Part shown: in pieces, positions 9,412 to 23,100 of the stretch
Layout of the letters: each line of letters opens with the position of its first letter
Numbering within the stretch: position 1 is the stretch's first letter
Source of the DNA: a virus
DNA length: 64,000 bases
Direction: 5' to 3' (one strand)
Virus record (IMG/VR): IMGVR_UViG_3300027985_000661
Span: 32,403-96,402 of that record
Made by a program: the position numbers and the translations under genes
Notes under the pieces: model-generated
Told to the model about the DNA's origin: nothing
What the model saw: the letters and a program-made list of their open reading frames with translations, nothing else
The model's database searches: none

Positions 9412-12047
9412 TGGCTAAATCAAAAATAATTAAACCTTTTAAAAAACAACAACTTAAAAATGCTAGAGCCAAGCAAGAACAGTTGCCTGAATATGGTCTT
9501 GGCGGAGATGTCTTCGCCGGGGCTGCTTCTGGCGCTGCGGCAGGCTCTGCGTTAGGTCCCTGGGGAGCAGCAGGAGGGGCAATAATAGGAGGGGCAGTTG
9601 CTTATTTTGGAAGTAAGAAAAAACAAGGGGCGGAAGATGCCGCAAAAATAGCCGCTAAGAAAGCGGAAGAATTTGAACAAGGTAGGCAAACTGCTTTAGC
9701 TAATTATACACCTTCACAAAGTTATAACCCTGTTAATTTTAAAATAGGCGGTATAGTAAAGGCGGGCAATGGACTTAAAGTATCTGACAAGGCCAAGAAA
9801 CAAGCTGATTTTAATTACTATATACAAGATGTATATAATCGTCTAACTCCTGAGCAGAAAGTTGAAATTAGTTCTTTACAAGATATTGTAGATATAGGAA
9901 CTAGATTAGGCAAAGCTGGAGAGTTAATGGAAGAAAGTCCTTCTTTATATACTCCTGTACAGGAAGCCGATTCCTCAGCTGTGAGATCCAGGACAGAGTT
10001 AGAAGGCGAGTATAAAATACCTACAGAAGGAAGATCTAAAGAATCCGATGCATTTGGAGCCAGATCTTTTTCTTATATAAACCCTGCTGTAGTTAAGAGG
10101 TATGATACCAAAGGTAACCTTAAAGAAAGCTACAAAGTAGTAAAAGACCCCAATACTAAAGAGGGGTATAGAAAAGCTACAGAAGGGGAGCCCCTTATCA
10201 AATTTGAAGATGGGGGTGTATTTAGTATGTATACTAATAAGGCCAAAAAAGTAGCAAGGAATGTAATACAACAAGTAGTTCCGCCTAGGGGGTATTCAAA
10301 TAAATTAGAAGATGTAGTAGATGTTGGAAAGGTCTCGATAGGAAATTTATTATCAGGAGAGCCTCGTAAAAGCGAAGGGGACTTAAGAGAGGATATGTGG
10401 AAGTACGCTTTAGGAACAAGTGATTCATTAGAGCACTTTGAAACTTCTCCCTACTCTCCAGCTTCTTCTAAAGACCCTAATGCAGTATATCATAGGGCTA
10501 AAAATATAGATAGGCAAGCTTTTCTTAATAATGCAAAAGAATATTTAGGTAGTAATGAAAGTATAGTAACTAAACAAGGACTTCCACTAAGTGTAGTAAA
10601 TGAAGGGTTTAGAGACGTATATTCAGATGAAAATCCTGATGATGAAAAATTGAAATTTTCAGACGCTATGGGAAGATATACTATAGGTAGAGGGTCTGAT
10701 GACAAAGGTAATTATATATCTTACTATGATAAATGGGATTTAGCAAATCCAATAGCAAATAAGGTACTTAAAAGACAACCTGAAATTTATGATAGGGTGT
10801 ACTATGAAGAAGATGATTTAGGTAATTATAACCTAATAGATGAATTTAAATGTGGAGGTAAAGTGAAAAAACCTAGAATAATGAGAAATGGAGGGGCACA
10901 AATAGATACTGTTAATCCAAATGTAGAGGTAGAAGGAGGTGAGACTCTTTTAACTCCACAAGGTGATAATATAGCAGTAGAAGGCCCTAGCCATGAGCAG
11001 GGCGGTATCCCTATGAATTTGGAAGGGGGCACACAAGTGTTTAGTGATAGTTTAAAAGTACCTGGTACTAAAAAAACATTCTCAGATATTAATAAAAAAT
11101 TAATTAAAAAGATAGATCAGTATACTAAAGATTTAGAGTCCTCTAATTCTACTGGAATTACTAGAAAGACGGCTGAGAGAATGCTTTCTAAATTAAAAGG
11201 TGAACAACAAGATTTATTTGTAACCCAGGAAAGATTAAAGATTCCTACAAAAGGAATGCGTAAGAATGACGTAGCAAAAGCAGAGAACGGCTTATTAGTA
11301 AATAGAGTTCCTACATATAGTCAATTGCAAATGCCTAGCATACAAGCTGGGTTGGCTGATACATCGGCTACTCTAGCTACCCCTCAAGGAGGCTTCCCAG
11401 CATCCCCTGCTTTAGGCGGAGGAGGCAAAGGTCTTAATATGGGTAATGGTATATCTGCCGCAGCTACATTAGCGCCAGCTTTATATAATATCGGTCAAGG
11501 TTTATTTGGAGATGTAGAAATAGAAGAGCCTGTTAGATATGATAATTTTGCAGGGCAGGCTGCTGCTGCTAGATTAAGAGGTTTAAAAACAGATGTATCT
11601 CCTCAATTAGAAGAAGCTAAACAAAGTTACAGAGTAGGGAGGCACAACCTATCTAAGGCAGCTAGGTCTAGAGGAGAATTGTTAAGCGGCCTAGGAGGAC
11701 TATCTGCTATGGAGGCTCAGACTAGAGCAGGTATACTGTCAAATGCTCAGAATTTAGATAATCAATACACTGTACAAGAAGCGCAGCTATCCTCTAATTT
11801 GGGAGCACAACAAGCACAAATGGATTTCCAAGCGCGACAGGCTGCTAATTTAGCTAACCAGCAGGCGCGTACAGCGCAGAGTAATATGTTACGTACAGGA
11901 CTTTCGCAAACTAGTCAAATAGTACAGAATAATCAATTAATGAGGAATCAACAACAGCGGGATGCCATGAGAATGGAATCTTTACAATCCCTACTTCCTA
12001 ATTTCACGGTTGATCCTAGAACAGGAAAGATAATTTATAAAGGATAA
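9411..12047 (+). CDS. Virion cargo/ejection protein 1
   Basis: N-terminal glycine-zipper (GAASGAAAGSALGPWGAAGGAIIGG), EVEGGET...GPSHEQGGI...VFSD motif, Q/A-rich C-terminal helices; follows the muzzle gene. Confidence 0.75.
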   Translation: MAKSKIIKPFKKQQLKNARAKQEQLPEYGLGGDVFAGAASGAAAGSALGPWGAAGGAIIGGAVAYFGSKKKQGAEDAAKIAAKKAEEFEQGRQTALANYTPSQSYNPVNFKIGGIVKAGNGLKVSDKAKKQADFNYYIQDVYNRLTPEQKVEISSLQDIVDIGTRLGKAGELMEESPSLYTPVQEADSSAVRSRTELEGEYKIPTEGRSKESDAFGARSFSYINPAVVKRYDTKGNLKESYKVVKDPNTKEGYRKATEGEPLIKFEDGGVFSMYTNKAKKVARNVIQQVVPPRGYSNKLEDVVDVGKVSIGNLLSGEPRKSEGDLREDMWKYALGTSDSLEHFETSPYSPASSKDPNAVYHRAKNIDRQAFLNNAKEYLGSNESIVTKQGLPLSVVNEGFRDVYSDENPDDEKLKFSDAMGRYTIGRGSDDKGNYISYYDKWDLANPIANKVLKRQPEIYDRVYYEEDDLGNYNLIDEFKCGGKVKKPRIMRNGGAQIDTVNPNVEVEGGETLLTPQGDNIAVEGPSHEQGGIPMNLEGGTQVFSDSLKVPGTKKTFSDINKKLIKKIDQYTKDLESSNSTGITRKTAERMLSKLKGEQQDLFVTQERLKIPTKGMRKNDVAKAENGLLVNRVPTYSQLQMPSIQAGLADTSATLATPQGGFPASPALGGGGKGLNMGNGISAAATLAPALYNIGQGLFGDVEIEEPVRYDNFAGQAAAARLRGLKTDVSPQLEEAKQSYRVGRHNLSKAARSRGELLSGLGGLSAMEAQTRAGILSNAQNLDNQYTVQEAQLSSNLGAQQAQMDFQARQAANLANQQARTAQSNMLRTGLSQTSQIVQNNQLMRNQQQRDAMRMESLQSLLPNFTVDPRTGKIIYKG

Positions 12048-12051
12048 TACA

Positions 12052-14121
12052 ATGGCAATTTCACGTTTCGATAGCCCTGCTGAAGCTCCAGTTATGAACA
12101 CTTATGTTCCTATTCCTTTTCAGGAATTGCAACAGGCGGCTTTAACAAGGCAACAAAGATTTGAAGAAGGTCTGGCAGCAGAAGAAGCCGTTGAGACCGA
12201 ATTAGGCACTTTCTCAGGATTAGGGTCAGTATATTTACCACATAAGGGTAAAAGTGTAGCAGTAGGAGATAGAGATAGGGTATTAGAAAGGGTATCGCAA
12301 TATAATAATCAGATAGACCAGTTAACTTCTAAATACCCTGATAAGTCTTCACCTGAATTTAGAACTGCTATTAGAAGTATAATAAGAAATATGCGAGCTG
12401 ATAAGGCACCTACTGGATTATTTGGTAGGGCTGAGGCTACGACAGCAGCTTATAGAGACATACAAAAAAGGTTATCAGAAAATGAAGATTTGGCTACAAG
12501 TCCACATTTAGGGCAAGATATATACGCCGGCCTAGAGGATTTTGCAAATAAGTCTTTAAAAGAACAAGTAGATTTAGATATACCAGCATCTATAGGCAAA
12601 CCTATGGATGTAGTCGGAGAGTTATCTGATCAGATTAAGAATATGAAAACCATGATAGGCGAGAACGCCTTTACTGAGGACGGTTATATAAAATCTGAGT
12701 ATTTGGAAACACTTACTCCTGAAAGAATACAACAGGCCGCTATGGGAGTTATAAATTCTAGACCTGATTTACAAAGATATGTGGCTAGGGAAAGTCAGTA
12801 TTACGGCAGAGATCCTCAAGAGGCTATCCAAGGATTAGCCAATACAATGGTTGATTTATTCCAAAAACAAGCGTACAAGAAAGATTTAAAAGGAGACCCT
12901 ACTAACAAGGCTAATAAAAATAGATTATTATCTGGTATAGGAGAAGAGATAGCAGTAGCCGTTCCTGGGCAAGTGTATACTCCTAGGAAAGTAGAGGATA
13001 ATATAAAGGATCTTGGCAAATCCATACAGGATAAGGAAACTGAGATATCCCAGTTCAAACTGGATATGAATATACCACAAGGCTCTACTATAGGGGTAGA
13101 TGAGTATGGTAATAAGAAAGACTTTGCATCTACCTTAGCTATTAAAAACAACGAGAAACAAAACATGCTGGATGAGAAGGCTAGGTTTGAAAAATTTAAT
13201 AGTTTAGCTAGGGAGCAGAGTGGCTGGACAGATGAATACTTATATACTAAATTAGAGGATCCTAAAGTTCAAGAAGAAGCTATTAAAGCAGCAGAAAATG
13301 AATTTTACGCTTCCCTTAGATCTTTTAATCCTCATACAGGGGGTATAGATACTAAAAAGTATGAGTCCAAAGAACAAGAGAATGCAGAAAAAGAAGACTA
13401 TATAAATAATAATTGGCAACGTGTAGCTACTAATAAATTAAAGCAAGACGACACTAATTATAAAAAATATGAACAAGTACTACAAGGATTTGGAAATACT
13501 TCTGCTGAAACTGCGGTTGTGTATCCTTTAACAAAGGAGTTAGTAGGTTCGGAAAATGTAGATTTTATAGAAGGTCTTGTTAATAAATATGGAACTTCTT
13601 TTGATATAGCAACTAAAGAAATAGTAAATACTAATACCGGATTGCCTATAGAAGATGAAGGGGAATGGAAAAAAATGAATTTTGAAAAAGCCAAATTCTT
13701 TGGGTACTTATTTGGACCAAGTGGGGAATTGAAACTGAATTATATAGTCCCTTCTAAAGATACAAATGGTGAGAATACTTCTATTGTAAGAAACGCCCCT
13801 AAAGGGTTAGAAAAAGCAGTATTAGAAGGCAATCAAGATTTCCTATTACAGAAAATAATAAAGGATCAAATATCTTATAATTTTAAAGATATAAGTGAAG
13901 ATATGCAGCAAGATACTGTATATTTAGGTCTTGCAGGTCTTAAGAAAGAAATACCTGTTATAGGTCCAAACTTTAATAAAAGAAAAGGCAAATGGACAGC
14001 CGCTTATAAAATAGAAGGCGAAGAGGTGCCTTTAGAAATAGAAGCTGACAATAAAGAGGAATTAGTATCCAAGTTAGCTTTCGCTTATGAAATGGAAGCA
14101 AATAGTAAATATAATAAATAA
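12052..14121 (+). CDS. Putative virion cargo/ejection protein
   Basis: N-terminal TYVPIPFQEL motif; position between cargo 1 and the RNAP gene. Confidence 0.6.
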   Translation: MAISRFDSPAEAPVMNTYVPIPFQELQQAALTRQQRFEEGLAAEEAVETELGTFSGLGSVYLPHKGKSVAVGDRDRVLERVSQYNNQIDQLTSKYPDKSSPEFRTAIRSIIRNMRADKAPTGLFGRAEATTAAYRDIQKRLSENEDLATSPHLGQDIYAGLEDFANKSLKEQVDLDIPASIGKPMDVVGELSDQIKNMKTMIGENAFTEDGYIKSEYLETLTPERIQQAAMGVINSRPDLQRYVARESQYYGRDPQEAIQGLANTMVDLFQKQAYKKDLKGDPTNKANKNRLLSGIGEEIAVAVPGQVYTPRKVEDNIKDLGKSIQDKETEISQFKLDMNIPQGSTIGVDEYGNKKDFASTLAIKNNEKQNMLDEKARFEKFNSLAREQSGWTDEYLYTKLEDPKVQEEAIKAAENEFYASLRSFNPHTGGIDTKKYESKEQENAEKEDYINNNWQRVATNKLKQDDTNYKKYEQVLQGFGNTSAETAVVYPLTKELVGSENVDFIEGLVNKYGTSFDIATKEIVNTNTGLPIEDEGEWKKMNFEKAKFFGYLFGPSGELKLNYIVPSKDTNGENTSIVRNAPKGLEKAVLEGNQDFLLQKIIKDQISYNFKDISEDMQQDTVYLGLAGLKKEIPVIGPNFNKRKGKWTAAYKIEGEEVPLEIEADNKEELVSKLAFAYEMEANSKYNK

Positions 14122-14125
14122 CAAC

Positions 14126-17100
14126 ATGAGTAATAAACTTACTAACGAAAAATTACAGGTTTTATTAAATTCTAAAGTAGATCCGACGACGGGTTTACAA
14201 CAACCTGAGCGTAGTAGTAATCTTACAAATGAAGACTTAGCACGGGGGTTGAAGTACGCTTCACCCTCTTCTTTTTTAGGTGGTAAGGATTTGCAGCAAG
14301 ACCCTACTAAATTTAATTTCGCTCTGAGGACAGATGCGGATAACCAAGAATTAAGGGCTCAAAACCAATCTTTTACACAACGTACTATGCATGGAGCTGG
14401 TAGGTTGATAGGAACTACTGTAACTAAGGCATTGTCAGGTCTAGGTTATGTAGGGTCTGGTATAGGAGCTTTAGCAAAAGGCGATATCAATGTCATGTTA
14501 GACAATGGGTGGTCTGCTGCTTTTAATGAGTTAGAAGAAGACATTAAAGAAGCACTTCCTATACACCATACTAGAAAATACTTAGAAGGAAATGTATGGG
14601 AGCAAATGGGTACATGGGGATTTTGGATGGACGATGTAGTAGACGGAGCAGCGTTTATGCTATCCTCTGCTATAGGAGCAAAGGGTCTAGACAAATTAGG
14701 TACCGCTACTAAAGTATACGGTAACCTTGCAAAAGCAGTATCTAAAGGACTTAGAGCTACTAAATTAGGTAAGGATATAGGTAAAACAAGTATCAGGTTA
14801 AAGAAAATAGCAGATGCGATGGATTTCGCTACTGTTACTGCTTATAATACTACAACAGAAGCTGCATTTGAAGCTAAGGATACTAAAGACCAAGTATTAA
14901 GATCTTTACAATCTAAAGTAGATAGGGGAGAAATATCTAAAGAAGAGGCTGATAAAATAGCTACAGGTGCTGCTAGAAATACATTTTGGTGGAACGCTGC
15001 TGCTATAGGACCGTCTAATGCTCTAGCTTTAGGCCAGATATTTAAAAAGTATGACTTTCTTAAGTTAGGTGCTAAAGGTACAGGACCTTTAAGTAAAACA
15101 CAAGTAGCTAGTATATTTGGCAAGAATGCTTTACTATCTGCTGCTTCTGAAGGGTTGTATGAAGAAAACATACAAAATGCTATTCAGTCTTATAATACAG
15201 ATGTTAATACTGGATTTGGACAGAATGGGGATTGGAAAGATCATTTAACAGGAGTATTAAGCAATGCTGCTAAAAACTTCACTACAGATGAAGGTCAAAA
15301 AGCAATGGCCTTAGGTGCTATTATAGGTCTAATACCAGGAGGTGTAGGTGGAGTAAGAAATGCCCAAGAATCTAATAAAAGAAATTCTATTTTAGCCACT
15401 TCTAGAGGAGTACAGCTTAATTTACTTAAGCAAGGAATAGCTGATTTATACGAACGAGATAATGCAGGTAATGTTGTTCTAGATGAAAATAACAAAGCTA
15501 AACTAAACCTAGACAAAGTACAATCTGACTTTGCTAAATTGTACCAAGAACAGGCAGATCTAACCGCTATGTTAAAGGCCTCCAATTCTGGAAATGAATT
15601 GATGGTAGATTTTCTAAAAGAACGCCAGGTACAAAGTGTGGCTAAACTACAAGCTGCTTCTAATTTAAATATTAATTCTTTTGAAGATTTCATAGATACC
15701 TATGCTCAAAAAGAAATAGAAGAAGTAGGGGAAGAAAGTAGGGATGGAATAGAAGGCCAAGCTAAAGGCTATAAAGAAAGGGCTAAAGAATACTTCAAAA
15801 TATATGATAGTATAACTAATAATTATGGTGGGTTATTTAATTTTGGAAATTCTAAAGAAGCTGTTGCTTTTAAAGAAAGCGTAATAGATTCACAATTTAA
15901 TGAGGCCGCTACTCAATATTTTTGGGAAACTAAAAAGAAAGAGTTAGAGGAGTCTTTAAAAGTAGCAGAGGATTCTGCTAATGTATTGGATTTAGATAAT
16001 AAACTAAACGCATTAAAAAGGGAAAAAGGAGTAGAAGTAACTGAAGAAGAAGCTAAACTTCGCATAGCTCCAGAAGCGGCTAAACGTATAGAGTCTACTA
16101 AGAAACGCATTAAAGAGATTGATAATATTCTATTAGAGTCCTATGAGAATATGAAAGATCTTCTTAATGAAGGTAAGCAAAAAGAAAGATTCGAAGAAGA
16201 AAAAAGACTTATCGAAAATTTCAAACAAGTTGTAGATGATGCAGTTCAGCAACAAAAAACTAATACTAGGAGCGAAGCAGATAAAACATCAACTAAAGAT
16301 AGAAGTGGTAAAGAAGTTAATCTTTCTAAGTTCTCCTACGAAGATGCTTTTAGACAAGGGTATGAAATAGACCAGCCTGCTACTGATATTAATAACAAAC
16401 TTAATAATATCACTCCTGGCGCTATTACAGCGTATTCTATTAAAAATGATGAAGCTAACCATAAACAAACTGTATTTACAAATGGAGATCCTAGTAATGA
16501 TGTATTAGGGGTATCGGATGTATTCTCTAGAAAGTTACAAAATATAAATACAGGCGAGGAAGTAGATGCTAATATAAGATTTAAAAATAATCAATTAGTA
16601 AATATAACTTATAAAGACACCAATAAAGGAGAGGAAGTTTCTTTTACTTTACCTACTAAAGAAGATGGTACTAAATATACACTAGATGACTTCAATGAAG
16701 TATTAGACTTAATCCCTGCTATATCTGCGTTTGAGGTTAAAGAAATAGAAGGTGAATATACATATTTAGGTAGAAAAAAAGTATCTGATTTTGATGCATT
16801 GGCTAGTCAAACAAGACTAGAAATGAAAAGAGGTAATAGAGAAGTGCAACGTAGTATTTCAGACAAGGTCTCACAGATTAAAAGAGATATTGAAAATGGA
16901 ATATCTAAAGGTTATGCTGACAGTAGGTACGGTAATACAACTTTTAAAGAACTGTTTAAAGATGCCGCTATACAGCATTACCCCGCTATTCATGCAGGTA
17001 AAGTAGGTATCCTTTCTTTGGAAGGAGGTAGTGTTATCTTTAAAGAAACTACTTTAGTACAAGATGACCTTAAGTTAGTTAAAAATATATCCGCTGTAGC

Positions 17101-20100
17101 TTCTATAGAGGACACTACAAAGTTAAGTGACCTTGAAATTTATATAGCTAAAGATATACCATTTAATATTAGTATAGAAGAATCTGGAAGTACATATAAA
17201 ATACAGGATAAATTATATACAAATAGGCTTGTAAATAAAATAGATGCTGTAGAAGAAGATAGTAAAGGTAATCCAATATCTGTAACTCTTACAAATGAGT
17301 TAGGAGAAAATATAAAATTCACTACTCCTAATATAGTAGACAGTATAGCTAGTAATTTACTGCTGTTTGAGATGGGCAAGGATAAAACTATTATAGATTT
17401 ATTCGGTACAGATTATTCTGACTTTGTTGTAATTAGAAAAGAAAATACTAAATACCCTGAGAATTACACAGTATATAGAAAAGGAGGTAGGTACACAATT
17501 TATACAGAAAGAGGTACCTTAGTTAAACCTCACTTTAAAAATTATAAAACTATAGCATTTCAAGTAGATAATGAAATTTCTAAATTGGCTATTGCTTACG
17601 CCGATAAATTAAAGTATAACTATAATAAAAAAGAAGTTAAAGATGAACTCACTAGACTTACTAGGATTTTTAACTCCCCAACAACAGGAGAGGCTCTTAA
17701 GTACCCCACTAAATCAGAGGTACTCGCTACTGAAAGAGTGGAGAGACCAAAAGGAGAATTAAAAGAAAAAGAAGAGCAGGATATAGTAAATAGCTCTATA
17801 GAAGATGACGCTATATCTGAAAGTGCTTTAGAGCAGAGAGAAGGGCAGAAGGCTGTAATTGCAGAGGAAGCTACAACTGATGATCTAATTAAACTAACCG
17901 ATAGTATAGAACCTATAGAGCCAAGTGAGGTAGAAGATAGGCAATATGAGAATGAGGTTTTATCTAGAGGTGTAAGACATACAGCTAGTGCTATAGGCTA
18001 TGTAGCTAATATAGACGGGCAGCCTAGACCTATTAATGAAGAGTTTGGTAAGTATGTAATTAATCAAAATATCAAGGGAGATTATGTTACTCCTGATTTG
18101 GATATGGAGAATGATTGGTGGAATACCGACCAAGATTACTCAATAGAAGATAAGCAGAAAGTTAAAGATGCTATAAAAAAAGGATTAACAGCCGAGCAAA
18201 TAGATAGGTTATTAGATTCTAAAAAACCAGGGTTTACAAATTGGGTAGATTCATTACCTATTAAAATAGAGTATGGTGAATTTGATTACGGCATTTATAT
18301 GCATAGGTCAGATTATCCTCATATTAGAGTACCTAAAGATATAGAGTACGCTAACTATAAAAATAACGGTGAATATCTAGATGCTATAGACAAATATAAG
18401 AATAAAATAAAGTCTCAAACAAAAGCGGCTAGGTATAAAATAATAGAATCCCTACTTAAAGGTAATGTTGTTAACATTCCTGTGGAAGGTAAATCTATGG
18501 GTACACCTAACAATATAGGAAATAAAAGAAATCTAGCAGAGGTATTAACCAAGATAGAGTCTAATATAGATCTTAGAGAGGTTACTTTAGGAGTAGCTAC
18601 TAAAGATGGGTCTATTGATAAAGGCAATGGAAGAAAAATGGTAGGTAAGGGTAGTCAAGGGAATATATTCTTAGAGACTTCTTATACTGCTAATGGTGAG
18701 GTAGGGAACTTTAAATTAAATCCTGGATATTTATCTCAAGAGCATGCTATTATTGTGTTAGAGACATTACAGCAAGCTTACGATCGTAAAAGTGGAGGAT
18801 TTAAAGGTAAGTACGAAGGTAAAGGAGTTACAGGTGATTTAACAAGATCTCAGATTTTAAAACTTCTTGTAGTATATGGGGAAGATAATACTAAAGTAGA
18901 AAATGACCCTAATAAACAGCATTTAAAAGAAAAACAACTTTGGGTAAAAAATGCTAGAATACTACATTATGGTACTAAGACTATGCCTTTACATAATCCA
19001 AGTAAAGAGCAGCTATCTGATTTTATAACTTGGGCAACTACTAAGAAAACATACGCTATTAATAGGGATCAACTTAATACAGGTGTTTATAATAAAGACT
19101 TTACAATTGGTAATATAAAGTTCATTAAAGGTAAGGACAACTATAATAGCATGGTATTAAAGTCAGGTATGGTTCTTACAGATTTAGATGTAGTAGAAGG
19201 TACTAAATCTTTAACTAAAGATCCTGCTGTAATAATGGACTTAGAAGCTGCCGGAATTTCATATAGCGAAGTTATACCTACTAAAAAGAATGAGGTAGTA
19301 CCTAAAGAAAGTAAGGTAGTACACACCTCTCCTAAAAAGGTAGCTAACGAGGTTAAACCTAAAGTTACAGAGGCTTCCGAATCTTCATCTGATGAGGTTA
19401 AACAAAAAGTTACTAAAAGAAGAAAAAATGCAGCAGGAGGTGTAGCAGGAGATAAGTTAGGAAACTTTACTAAAATTACTTCCATAGGAGTAGGAGGTAG
19501 TGTATATTTAGAAATAGAAAACGAGGAGGGTGATATATCTAAGAGAGTACTAGGAACAGTTGAACAAGACGAAGAAGGTCTATATTTTAGTTTAAAAGGA
19601 GTTGGTGCCGAATTCATTATTGTAGATAACGCCTTTAAGTCAGAAGGCGGGGATATCAGTTTGAATGATGCTAAAGCTTTCCAACGTATTAATGCTAAAG
19701 TTGGCATATTTAGTCATATGTTTAAGTATGATTCTCCTGGTATATCTGAGAGTAAAGTAGAAGAGTTAGAAAATAAAACTGCTGATATACAAGCGGAAAC
19801 TCCAGAGGTAAAAGTAGTTAATCCGCCATCTCAGGAGCAATCTAATCCTTCCCCTACTAAAGCTTTCAAAAATACAGGTAAGACAGGGTTACATCAGTTA
19901 GGTAGAAGTCCATTTAAAATGGCTACTAAAAAGCCAGGTACTTATACTTTAGCGGATCTCCAAAAGGAAACAAAATGGATTAAAGATAGATTTTCAGATG
20001 TTGAAGTAGATATAATAGATAATTTTATAGAGTTGGCCGGAGATAGAAGAGCTATGGGGCAATCTAGAAGAGATTCTATTTTATTAGCTACAATGGCTGA

Positions 20101-23100
20101 GGCTGGTACAGCATACCACGAAGCTTTCCACCGTGTATCTCTTTTTTACTTAACAGATGAAGAAAGACAAGGTATATATAATGAAGCTAAATCTATATAC
20201 CCAGGCTTAGAAAATAAGAAGGACTCAGAGATAGAAGAATTTTTAGCAGAGCGTTTCCGTAATTTTATTATAAGAGAGCAAGATAAACGTAATTCTAAAA
20301 AGAGTTGGGGAGCTAAAATATGGGATGCATTTAAAAAGATATGGAATGCTATTTCAAATTTATGGATTAAGCCGAGTAGATTTGATGAATTGACCTTGGA
20401 TAGATTATTTAGTGATATAGAGCAAGGAAGGTATAAAAGAACTAAGATAGATCCTACTAAATATAAAGACTTAACTGATACAAGTGTAAACTCTGTAGTT
20501 AAAGGATTTGAATTAAAAGGGACTAGGCTTTATTCTATACAGACTGAACAACAACTTAAAGAAGTTGTGCAATCTATGTTTTATACTTTAGCTGAAACCA
20601 ATTTACTTGTTCAATACGATGAGGAGACAGGTGAACGCACCTTAGGCCTAAGTTCTGTAGAGGATCTTAAAGATATAAAATACGGTCCAATGTTTGAAGC
20701 TATAGAACAGGAGTATAACGATGCCTTATCTATAGGTGAAAGTAATGAAGCTTTCTTATTAGAAATACCCACAGCTACGCCCTCTAGACTTCGTGAAATT
20801 AGAGAACAAGCTTTTGGAGATCCTAATTTCCAAGGAGATTTACAAGCAGAATTAAGACAGCAAGCGGATAGTGCATTTAATATAGGACTTATTTATGAAG
20901 AAATTTTAGACCATAGTGAAGTATTTACAGAGGTATTGGAAGATTACCTTAATGGTCTTAATATTAGAACTGTAAATAAAGATACCGATATAGATTTAGA
21001 CGAATCCCCTGATGAATTAGATGGAAGTACTAGATCAGATTTTGATAAGTATAATAAGATAGCGTTCGAGTCATCGGCTAAACACAATGTAGCAGCCAAT
21101 ATCAAGTTATTATTATCTATTCTCCCTGCTTCTAATGAACGTAGTGAATTGACTGGGTTATATACATTTGCAGAATTTGGGCAGCTAATGTCTAAGATAT
21201 ATAGAGATCTTAGAGGTATTAGAGACGCGCAATCTATGATGGATAAACTTGTAGAATTATCAGAAGGTAATATTACCTATTCTGTTCTTGTTAAGCATTT
21301 AAATAAAGACGAAACACTTAAAACACAGTTCTTTAGAACAGTTAATAAAAATGCTCTTGACTTTGTAAATGCCTTAGTATCAGTAGAAGATGGTAAGCCT
21401 AGGATTACTTTTGGAGCATCTGCTATACAAACAGCAGGGGCAAGGAAGTTAAAAGAATGGAACAATTCTTTGATAAGATCTGGTTTATTTAAACATAGTA
21501 GAGGTGGTGAACCTATCCCTAATATCGAAGCCTTTAATAAATTACAAAATAAATTTATTGATCTATATGATAATATTAAATTTCAGGTAGATAGAAAGAA
21601 GAGTATTAATAATTTAGAAGAATTAAAAACTGATCTTATTTCTATTTTAAATGAAGCTGGTATTGAAATAGATATTAAAGGATTAGAATTAGCTTTATCA
21701 GATATTAACGATATTCAATCAGAAGCTTTATTAGATTTAATTCAAGGAAGTGAGACATTTAAATCTCCTATATATTATATATTAGGTAAAGAGGGAAGTT
21801 TAGATAAACTTTTTAGAAGTAAAAACGGCACTTATAAAAATGATAAAGGAAAGTTTATCAATTTTGAAAATGTCTACACAGATGAAAAAGGAGCCAAATA
21901 CTTATCTAATAAACAAGCTGAAACTAACCCTTATGAAGAGGGAGATTCTATATTCGGAGCTGGTGGAAACAGGTATTACACTATTATGCAGCACACCTAT
22001 ACTAGTAATACTTTTAATGAGTTTGCTAAGAATCCTGAGGTTATAGAAGCTAAATTAAATGCTGTATATAATAAAAATAGTAGATTTCTTAATGCTTTGA
22101 AAGACGACCCTAAATTGGCAGAGATAGTAGGCATGAAGACTATGGCCGCTATAGTTAGGGAGGATGAATATGATACTGGTAGAGAGTACCAAGGAATTAC
22201 TGAATTAGAGGATTATTTGCTTCGTATAGCCGCAAATGAGAAAGGACTATTCACACCCCCTACTCCTGCGGATCGTAGATTTTACGCTTTCTATCAAGGT
22301 TTTAATGACCTTAAATTAGATGGTACTATGGATACAGAAGGCAATATTAATGAGGAAGTATTAGAAGTATTTTCAGATTACGTTAAAGACGAAGAGGCCC
22401 GCATGAGAGTTGTAAGGGCAGATATAGACAAAGTTATCAAGGGACAACGCGATTCCTCTACTTTATTCGAAAATTACCATTATAAATATTTTGGAGCAGG
22501 CGAGACTGTACAAGAAGGGCAAGTGGTTATTGAGGGAAATGATATAGTTCCTGTAGGGAAGAAAGTTAAAAATGGAGGTAAGTTACTTAAGCGGAATAAT
22601 AAATATGTAGGAGGCGGAGCTAACTATACCAACTTTGCATCTTTTAACAACAATACACCTACTAATGTAAAGCAGGCATTACAGAGTATTATAAGAGATC
22701 GTTTAAATGATGAAATTAAATACATTACAGACTTAGGAATTGTAGAATCAGAATTAGATAACGGGAATTATAGAATTACTAAGAATTTACTTTTGGACGA
22801 CGGTATGTTAGATCGTTATAAGAAAGAATTAGTAACAGAAGACGAAGAGTATGCTGCCGAGAATATAGTATTAGACAATTTAATTAATACTATGATGGCC
22901 AGCATTGAGACAGGTAAACTTATTACTGGTGACCCTGCTTCGTATAAATCTCCTGAAGATCATGTTAAACGTCTTCCTGGCTATACCTCTACTGGGGATA
23001 ATACACGGAATGACTTCCCTGCTGAATATTATACAGATAGTCCATTAGTGCATTCTAATAAATATAATGTAACTACTTTCACAAGTAAAATAATAGAATC

